Shown here piece after piece: positions 1 through 7,127 of a stretch of 16,653 bases of DNA. The stretch is from Amoeboradix gromovi X-113. Lineage: Eukaryota; Fungi; Sanchytriomycota. Under the pieces are notes generated by a model that saw only the letters and a list, made by a program, of their open reading frames with translations, was not told where the DNA came from and made no database searches. Positions within the stretch are counted from its first letter, which is position 1. Each line of letters begins with the position of its first letter. Location: NCBI GenBank assembly GCA_018985225.1, contig JADGIF010000156.1, positions 1 to 16,653 on the forward strand, in the 5' to 3' direction. A program made the translations under genes and the position numbers.

Positions 1-163
1 AACGAGATGCAGGGTCTTCTAGTTTTATTTTGAAAAGAGGAATAAAATCAATGAAAGAAAATTGGTATAATAGAAGAAGATCTTTTATTAATGATAGCAT
101 TTCCTCCGTATGGAGCACCTCCTTTAAAAACGAGTTAGTCTAGTTTTTATATTTGGTGTCCCA
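1..163 (+). mobile_element. MITE copy A (partial, cut by window start), ends in 31-bp TIR followed by TA
   Basis: Positions 1-163 are the reverse complement of 4009-4165 and of the left part of 9623-10036. The copy ends AGTTAGTCTAGTTTTTATATTTGGTGTCCCA|TA. Confidence 0.9.
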
Positions 164-341
164 TACTATGCGAATAATGTAAAACTATCTGATAAAAATT
201 AATTGGACGTAGCTGGTAAAACAAAGACGAAGTACTTAGACATTTGATGATATCTATATTGTCTGTAAGTTGAATAACCAAGGTGAAGATACAATGAGTA
301 CCTCTGTAAACATCACTGAGTCTAGTTTTTTCAATAACTCC

Positions 342-536
342 TTAAAAGTCCCGATTTCTGAGAATATCTAGAATTTCTACAGAGAAACTAGCAATGCTAG
401 ATGCTCCGTTACAGCGATTGCTCACGCTTTCACTACCCTGAGGCGGGGTAGAATAAGGATGCTTATGCTTGTATATATTCCTTGCTGCCATATGGTCTCT
501 ATTGTTGTGCATGCAGTACAAACAATCACATACTAA
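342..536 (-). pseudogene. Degenerate TnpB/Fanzor-like C-terminal remnant (Zn-finger half + RuvC-III motif) with downstream structured region
   Basis: A minus-strand frame reads LVCDCLYCMHNNRDHMAARNIYK (NRD at 503-495); an overlapping frame reads VIVCTACTTI. This matches the CxxC-x3/4-[DN]RDx[NM]AAxNI signature. No RuvC-I or RuvC-II motifs are recognisable upstream, where stops interrupt all frames. Confidence 0.5.
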
Positions 537-928
537 TTATGAAATAAGTGGTTTACAGGTTTATTTTTATCGTTGATTTCTTTTGAGAACGGGTTGAAAT
601 GCATCTAATTATTCCATGTTTGGATCAGTTCCTCAGTGTTGATGAATGTATGCTGTACATGTTAGTTATTAATCTAGATTTGACATATTCAGGATAACAT
701 CCATTGATTTCATTAGCGATTAGCGAAAATGAAGAATATTGAGTATTTAAGCTATTCGAAAAATGTAGAAAAGTCATGCAGTTATAAAAATACATACAAA
801 TTCGCGATAAATGATTTATTCAAGAAAATAATTGAGCTGCCCCATATCATTTTCGGAATCTAGAAGGGTTTTAATTGGTTGGATTCACGTGATAGTGAAC
901 AGGGACCAAAAGTTTCGACTTCATGTAA

Positions 929-1501
929 ATGCGTTTAATTGTAGGTTTTCGAGATATCTCAGTGCCTGAAGGTGTATCAATTAAAGTGAAAGCGCGAGCA
1001 GTCTCTGTTACTGGTCCTAGAGGTACCTTGAACAAGGAATTCAAGCACATTCCTTGTGAGATTACAAAGCACAACAGTTCAACTATTAGAGTACAAGTTT
1101 GGCACGGCCAGCGTAAACATTTAGCTTGTGTCAGAACCCTATGCTCTCATATTGAAAACCTTATCATTGGTGTAACAAAAGGTTTCTTATACAAGATGAG
1201 ATTGGTATATGCGCATTTTCCCATCAACGTAAGCATTGTAGATGGGGGTAATACTATTGAAATCAGAAATTTCTTGGGTGAAAAGATAACTCGTGTTGTA
1301 AAATTGTTGCCCGGTGTTGTTGTTGAATTAAGCGAAAGCACTAAAGATGAATTGATTCTTAAAGGAAATAATGTTGAAAATGTAAGTCAGTCTGCAGCTT
1401 CTATCCGTCAATCTGTACTTGTTAGAAACAAGGATATTAGAAAGTTTTTAGACGGAATCTTTGTGTCTGAAAAGACTAACATCGTTATTGATCAAGATTA
1501 A
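929..1501 (+). CDS. RPL9: 60S ribosomal protein L9 (uL6)
   Basis: 190 aa with [31 protein letters not shown] and [15 protein letters not shown] motifs typical of eukaryotic uL6. Confidence 0.98.
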   Translation: MRLIVGFRDISVPEGVSIKVKARAVSVTGPRGTLNKEFKHIPCEITKHNSSTIRVQVWHGQRKHLACVRTLCSHIENLIIGVTKGFLYKMRLVYAHFPINVSIVDGGNTIEIRNFLGEKITRVVKLLPGVVVELSESTKDELILKGNNVENVSQSAASIRQSVLVRNKDIRKFLDGIFVSEKTNIVIDQD

Positions 1502-1546
1502 GTAAATTCAAGTTGTTAAAAATTTCGATATCGTTTTCCCTGAAAC

Positions 1547-3589
1547 ATGTCCCAACCTGCTGCCAAGCCTTCTGCTGCTTCTCAAGAACAATCTGATTTC
1601 GTTCTACCTTTGCCTAGGCAACTGATTGCTCCTGCTCCCACTACTGAACGTGCTCAACCAGTCAAGTTAGATGTAAACTTCAGAAATCAACTAGCGTATG
1701 CCAACAACAAAACTGTCTTCCTTATCGATCTCAAGCAGCATGATCATTTGACAAACAATGCTCAAGCGTATACTGAACATCTCTACCCTGTCAGTGCTTG
1801 TTCTTTCACACCTTCCGGGTATTACTGCAGCTCAGGTGATCAATCTGGTCAGGTCCGTATATGGGATGTAGTTCAACCTGAGCATATTACAAAATATTCT
1901 TATGATGTCTTCAATGGTGCAATTCTCGATATCGCGTGGAATGAAAATGATCGATTAATTATTGGCGGTGACGGTAAGGAGGAAAAGGTGAAGGGTATAC
2001 TATGGCATACCGGTACCACCATAGGTGAATTTCCTGGGCATTCAAAGCGCGTTAACTCTGTTTCTCATACCAAATCTCGTCCTTTTAAAGCGTTTACTGC
2101 TAGTGACGATCAAACAGTTAACTGCTACTCTAACATCCCTTACGTTTATCAATTAAGCTTAAAAGACCACCAACGCTTCATTAGTGATGTAAATTGTAAT
2201 AGTACTTTGCTCTTGAGTGCTGGGTTCGATGGATTGGTCAACTTGTATCCCCTGGACAAGATAGGGAAAATTGAGTCTAACGGCAAGACATCTGTCCAAT
2301 GTCATGATTCTGCAATTATGTCTTTGGGCAGTAGCGATACTCAATTCTGCACTGCGTCTCTTGATAAGTCTATCAAGCTGTTTGATATTGCTACTTTGAA
2401 ATGTATCAAAGAATATCAAATTACGACATCAACAACTGCTATCAATAACCAGCAAATGGGGCTGTGCTTTAACTCTCACACAAACGGCATCTACTCTGTA
2501 AGTTTGGATGGCACCTTGAACTTCATGGATCCTCGTATTAAAGATCCTATGCTTGTAAATGTTGTTAACAAATGGCACAATCACTGTAAGCCTATTACTA
2601 GCATATATTCTACCAAAGATGTAACTTTTTGGACGGCTAGCTATGATGGTAGAGTTGTCCAATGGAAGAACAAGCCTGCTAAAAGCACTAGTAAACCTGG
2701 TACTCCAACAGCAAGTCAAAATAATCTGAACTCCACAAGTCCCCCAAAAAGTCCACTAAGCCCGACATCCAACAGCGGTAACGGAATTGTTCCTCTATCT
2801 TCTCATGTCATAACATCTCACACTAATCAAGTTGTTTCTATTAAACCATACAAATCAGCGGTTGTAACTGTTGGAATGGATGATTTGTTAATCAACCACA
2901 ATGAGACACCTCCTAAATCTTTAAAAATCCAAGGATTAGCTAAATCGCTCTCAATTTACAAGGACTTCGCATTAATTGCTAGCTCTAACGGTATCCAAAG
3001 TGTGGATTTGGTAAAAATGACATTGAACATGTTATTAAAAGGTGACTACAGTTGTATAGCTTCATTGGGTGAATATACTGTGTTAGGAATTGATAATAAG
3101 GCTATTGTTTACAAGACTGGTGATTTGTTAACACGCTCCGCACCTTTAAACACATTTACTGTTAAAGGAAAGATTACCTGCTGTTTGATTACTCCTGATA
3201 TGGAATACATAGCAACCGGTAGCAGTGAGAGGCAAGTAGCTTTACATAACATCCAGAATGGACAGACTATAGTGGACCAGTGGGTATTTCATTCTTCCAA
3301 GGTTACTTGCCTCAGCAGCAGTCCGATCAAGATCAATGGAAATTGGAGCATTGTTAGCGGAAGTGTAGATGGAATCATAATGATCAATAAAGTAGATAAG
3401 CCTTTAGAACCTGTAAAGGTGCAGCCTGCTCACCAAGAAGGGGTCAACTGTGTAGAATGGATAGATGTGGTGGAAAAAAAGAGAAAAGAAAAGAAAGATG
3501 GAGAAGAAATAGTATTTACAGATACTGTTTGTATTGTGAAGAGTACAGGGGGGGATGCAACAATTAAAGTATGGGAAATTGTATTTTAA
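1547..3589 (+). CDS. AIP1: Actin-interacting protein 1 / WD repeat protein 1 (double beta-propeller)
   Basis: 680 aa. N-terminal APAPTTERAQP, YTEH..FTPSGYYCSSGDQSGQVRIWD, GEFPGHSKRVNS..SRPF, WVFHSSKV and a terminal WD repeat all match AIP1/WDR1. Confidence 0.9.
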   Translation: MSQPAAKPSAASQEQSDFVLPLPRQLIAPAPTTERAQPVKLDVNFRNQLAYANNKTVFLIDLKQHDHLTNNAQAYTEHLYPVSACSFTPSGYYCSSGDQSGQVRIWDVVQPEHITKYSYDVFNGAILDIAWNENDRLIIGGDGKEEKVKGILWHTGTTIGEFPGHSKRVNSVSHTKSRPFKAFTASDDQTVNCYSNIPYVYQLSLKDHQRFISDVNCNSTLLLSAGFDGLVNLYPLDKIGKIESNGKTSVQCHDSAIMSLGSSDTQFCTASLDKSIKLFDIATLKCIKEYQITTSTTAINNQQMGLCFNSHTNGIYSVSLDGTLNFMDPRIKDPMLVNVVNKWHNHCKPITSIYSTKDVTFWTASYDGRVVQWKNKPAKSTSKPGTPTASQNNLNSTSPPKSPLSPTSNSGNGIVPLSSHVITSHTNQVVSIKPYKSAVVTVGMDDLLINHNETPPKSLKIQGLAKSLSIYKDFALIASSNGIQSVDLVKMTLNMLLKGDYSCIASLGEYTVLGIDNKAIVYKTGDLLTRSAPLNTFTVKGKITCCLITPDMEYIATGSSERQVALHNIQNGQTIVDQWVFHSSKVTCLSSSPIKINGNWSIVSGSVDGIIMINKVDKPLEPVKVQPAHQEGVNCVEWIDVVEKKRKEKKDGEEIVFTDTVCIVKSTGGDATIKVWEIVF

Positions 3590-3627
3590 TAATAAATAGT
3601 TTTGAATTTTTATTTATTTATCGGAAG

Positions 3628-3828
3628 TTAAACATCATGTTCGGATCTACACGACATCCAAGCTGCGTTCTTTGATTCCATGTCTTCATATTCACGAGAA
3701 CAATCATCTGAATTGCTCATGCAGCTGTGGTAAATTCCGTTGGCATTTTCAAGTTCGATACACCGTTGATGACAAGGGCCAGGAAGAGTAGCAGCATAGA
3801 TTGTAAAGAAAAGAATAAGCAGAAGCAT
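3628..3828 (-). CDS. Small secreted cysteine-rich protein (66 aa), effector-like
   Basis: ATG at 3828 (the track start at 3834 is TTG). Hydrophobic signal peptide MLLLILFFTIYAA, 5 Cys in the mature part, converging on the AIP1 stop with a 38-bp gap. Confidence 0.7.
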   Translation of the reverse strand: MLLLILFFTIYAATLPGPCHQRCIELENANGIYHSCMSNSDDCSREYEDMESKNAAWMSCRSEHDV

Positions 3829-4008
3829 TTTCAAGTTGCAAAATGTTTCTGTCCATAGAATATGTAGGCCTGAGTAATTATGATATCCAATAGGATAGTT
3901 CGTAAAAATGTGCAGCTAATTGACAGCAAGTAATTACAGGTCTCTTTCTAGAAGAATTTCTTGCAAAGTAGTTATGAATTCTTATGCTTTTTCCACTTTT
4001 TAATTAAA

Positions 4009-4518
4009 TGGTACACCAAATATAAAAACTAGACTAACTCGTATTTAAAGGTGCTCCATACGGAGGAAATACTATCATTAATAAAAGATCTTCTATTATA
4101 CCAATTCTCTATTATTAATGTCATTCCTCTTTTCAAAATAAAACTAGAAGACCCTGCATCTCGTTCAAATATATGAGGTCTTTGAGAATCTAAGCAAAAG
4201 GTGCATCTTCTTAGACGTTACTCTTTTCTAGAGTCATTTTGTAATGCTATACTAACATCATTACTCTTATCTATTCTAATTTTTACTGAGTAATAGTGAT
4301 ATTTTATTTGAAGTAAAGATTGGATGAAAGAGTTAGAGAATAGCTGTACAGAATATTTATTTTTGAAATTTCGATACAAAAAGTTGTTTATTTTCCTTTT
4401 ATACTCGTCAACTAGCTGAATGTCCACTCGTCTCTTAAAATCCATAAAATTAATAATGCTGAAATAATGTTCCAAGTTGTTACAGAAAGTTAGTCCAGTT
4501 TTTATATTTGATGTCCCG
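4009..4518 (-). mobile_element. MITE copy B (full length, 510 bp) with 31-bp TIRs
   Basis: Left end TGGTACACCAAATATAAAAACTAGACTAACT; right end AGTTAGTCCAGTTTTTATATTTGATGTCCCG|TA. No transposase ORF. Colinear with copies A, C and D. Confidence 0.92.
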
Positions 4519-4625
4519 TATGGTTACGAGACTAAAAAGATTTAGAGAAATATAGATCTGTAGTTGGTGCATTATTTATTCAAGAAGAAATTTAGGAATT
4601 CATCATTAGTATTAGTTATTCACAA

Positions 4626-5741
4626 TTATAGTAATTTAAGAAGAAATAGCAACAGCATAAGTAATGCGTTTACGTCAACAATTTCTGATGCAGATCCTGC
4701 TTGAGGTGTCGATGGATTTGGTATATTTCCAACGTTTCCAAGCAATGCATTATCGATAGAAACCTTGTTGAATTGACTGTTGTTAGTAAATTGACGTATT
4801 TGTTCATCAGAAAATCCGCTATTTTTGAGAAAATCTATTGGAATATTGGGCTCAGAAATATTTCGTTCAGCTGCCATGTCGTAGTTTTCGTAAGTATAGC
4901 AGTAATCATCAATTTTCATCATATCTTTAACTTGGTTCGGATATGGAACCAGCACATCTTCCATTGAAACCGGAAGGCCATTGGTAAGCCCATCATATTG
5001 AAGCTTGTCTAATGATGCTAACTTACCCTGAAATTTCCAGTAATACATATCAACTGTGCCATGATGCAAATAAAAAACTGGGTCATTTGGCGAATACTGT
5101 GTTTGCATATCACCACCGACATATCTATGGACTACTGCGTGTGGGTTAGGTTCCCAATACTCTGCCCAATCCTTATATGTGTCATATTGATTGTGTGCTT
5201 GAGTTAAAAACGATGTTCCATAAAACACCGATTCTCCAAATCCTCTAGATATGCATCCAGAGGGATGGGTTGCTGTTCTTAGTCTAATATCCGAGAATGG
5301 ACCAGTTATACATTGGGTGACTCCGTTTCCTCCCATGCCTAACATGTTCTGAGACCATACCTCAGATTGTTTCCAATTCTGAGATTCATAGCTCCAATCC
5401 CAATACAAGAGGCACACTGATGAATCTACTTTCTGTAACATTGACTCCAGCTTAGCTATAAAGAGCCTATGCCATGGGAAGAAGGACTTGCTGCTATGGT
5501 TTAGAGAGGCGTAATAAAAATGCTCTCTTGCCATTTGTTCCCAGGGAGAGTAATCACTGCCATTACTTTCCATCAGTTTGCGGATTGCCCAGATAAATTT
5601 TGATTTTTCAGTATCACTTGCGTTATGAAATTCTTTTCTGACACATTTATAGCTGCATTGACCTTTAACTGGCGTAGTTAATGCTGGTACTGGCATATCA
5701 GCATATGGATTGGGACCTAATGCTTGACTCATTGACAGCAT
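4626..5741 (-). CDS. Tyrosinase (type-3 di-copper protein) with C-terminal GPI-like signal
   Basis: CuA site H..H..FFPWHR and CuB site PHAVVH..GGDM..SPNDPVFYLHH are intact. Also VRKE, LYWDWS, and a hydrophobic tail after AGSAS. Confidence 0.92.
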   Translation of the reverse strand: MLSMSQALGPNPYADMPVPALTTPVKGQCSYKCVRKEFHNASDTEKSKFIWAIRKLMESNGSDYSPWEQMAREHFYYASLNHSSKSFFPWHRLFIAKLESMLQKVDSSVCLLYWDWSYESQNWKQSEVWSQNMLGMGGNGVTQCITGPFSDIRLRTATHPSGCISRGFGESVFYGTSFLTQAHNQYDTYKDWAEYWEPNPHAVVHRYVGGDMQTQYSPNDPVFYLHHGTVDMYYWKFQGKLASLDKLQYDGLTNGLPVSMEDVLVPYPNQVKDMMKIDDYCYTYENYDMAAERNISEPNIPIDFLKNSGFSDEQIRQFTNNSQFNKVSIDNALLGNVGNIPNPSTPQAGSASEIVDVNALLMLLLFLLKLL

Positions 5742-5836
5742 ACAAAACGATTAATATATCTTGCGATTCAGAATTTTGTACAACTCACAGATCTGAGATT
5801 CCCAGTACCTCGGAGCAAAAAATAGAGGAAATTTAT

Positions 5837-6733
5837 TTATTTTTGTAGTGACTTAGTAGCCGATAGCTCACTGCCCAAGTATGTTGAATCCAACCCAAAG
5901 TATGAGGAGGAACCACTCTCAACATCTGTCAGCTTTTTTATCAGCACCATGGATATGACGTCCAACAAGAAGTAATAGACTGCCAGCGCATGCGCTGTAT
6001 ATTTAAATGTAATAAAGCAGTTGTCATAGAGTTCTTTGTTCTTGTTCGACACCCAAAAAGATAAAACTACGAGTATAATGATAACGGGGAATATCAAAAG
6101 AAACACTAGTAATGCATTTCTAGTGGAAATGTAAGCCTTTTCTATGGGTTTTGGGATTGAGACACATACCATTCTTGTCTGCCTTAGTTGCTTCAAAAGT
6201 AGAACCAAAAACGTCACATCAACGGTTGCTGAATATATAGTCAACAGTCCAACTAAAGAGAATAATAAAGACGGCACATTATACCATAGTGTAGCAACCT
6301 TTGTTGCCATTGTAGCCAGGTACAAAACTAATCCCACCGCTATAATCAATGGTTGATAATTGATTTTCCATTGGTTTATGGTCCTAAGTATGCTGTACTT
6401 AAAGGTCGAAGCTAAAAGCAACACAAAAAACAAGAGATAGGTCATATGTGCCAACAAGAGATTAAGCCCATAATACATCCAATTCTTGCAAGAGTTTTCT
6501 TTTAGACTTCTAGAATCACAAATAACTTGTGAGAAATATAGCAAGCTGGTAATTAGACTTCCAGAGACAATTAAGATCATCGAAAAGTAAAAATAGGTTT
6601 TTTTGAACTCTGTCTTTCTTTTTAGTTGGTATACCGTAGCGATGCTAATAATTAACGAAATGATCGCTAGAACAAATCCAATAATTGTAAATGTGTCAGT
6701 TGTTAAAATGTCATCTGGATCAATAGTTACCAT
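5837..6733 (-). CDS. Orphan seven-transmembrane (GPCR-like) protein
   Basis: 298 aa with seven hydrophobic segments, basic loops after TM1, TM3 and TM5, a Cys pair in the TM2-TM3 loop and a Ser-rich C-tail. Confidence 0.75.
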   Translation of the reverse strand: MVTIDPDDILTTDTFTIIGFVLAIISLIISIATVYQLKRKTEFKKTYFYFSMILIVSGSLITSLLYFSQVICDSRSLKENSCKNWMYYGLNLLLAHMTYLLFFVLLLASTFKYSILRTINQWKINYQPLIIAVGLVLYLATMATKVATLWYNVPSLLFSLVGLLTIYSATVDVTFLVLLLKQLRQTRMVCVSIPKPIEKAYISTRNALLVFLLIFPVIIILVVLSFWVSNKNKELYDNCFITFKYTAHALAVYYFLLDVISMVLIKKLTDVESGSSSYFGLDSTYLGSELSATKSLQK

Positions 6734-7127
6734 ATTAATTTCACAATGTCACTTGGAATATATCGAGGTTGTTAAGCCAATCATAAATCGAGCAATCACC
6801 TACTAATTTATCATAGCCAATGGCTTTTCTGTAACTAATTGCATATAGAATCAGTACTACTGTAATTCTGTGTATCTTTGACGCTGAACGCAACTACAGA
6901 GACGATTCTGGACTGCGTTGATGTGCTCATCAGTAAATATATTGGGACCACAAGGTGGCGAAGAATATAGACTTGAAATAAATGCATCATTATTTGTCCC
7001 AATCTGTGTCTCTATGAAGCAATTCACTAGCTTAACCTGTCAAGTGATGTTGCCATTTCCTGTGGAAATTCTTGATTTTCGTTCAAGTCAATCAATTTAA
7101 AGAGTTTTATGATTTTGATACACGGAA

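Noticed and set aside
379-392. ACAGAGA..AGC as a U6 core
   Set aside because: Spacing is one nt short and no U6 ISL sequence follows.
4218-4475. 85-aa ORF inside MITE B as a transposase fragment
   Set aside because: No DDE or HTH motifs; copy C has frame-breaking deletions in it; AT-rich chance ORF.
6886-6925. U6 snRNA-like stretch (GAACG..TACAGAGACGATT..TGG..CTGCG..GATG)
   Set aside because: Lacks the catalytic AGC triad and a proper ISL, and needs several gaps to align. A cmsearch with the U6 model would settle it.
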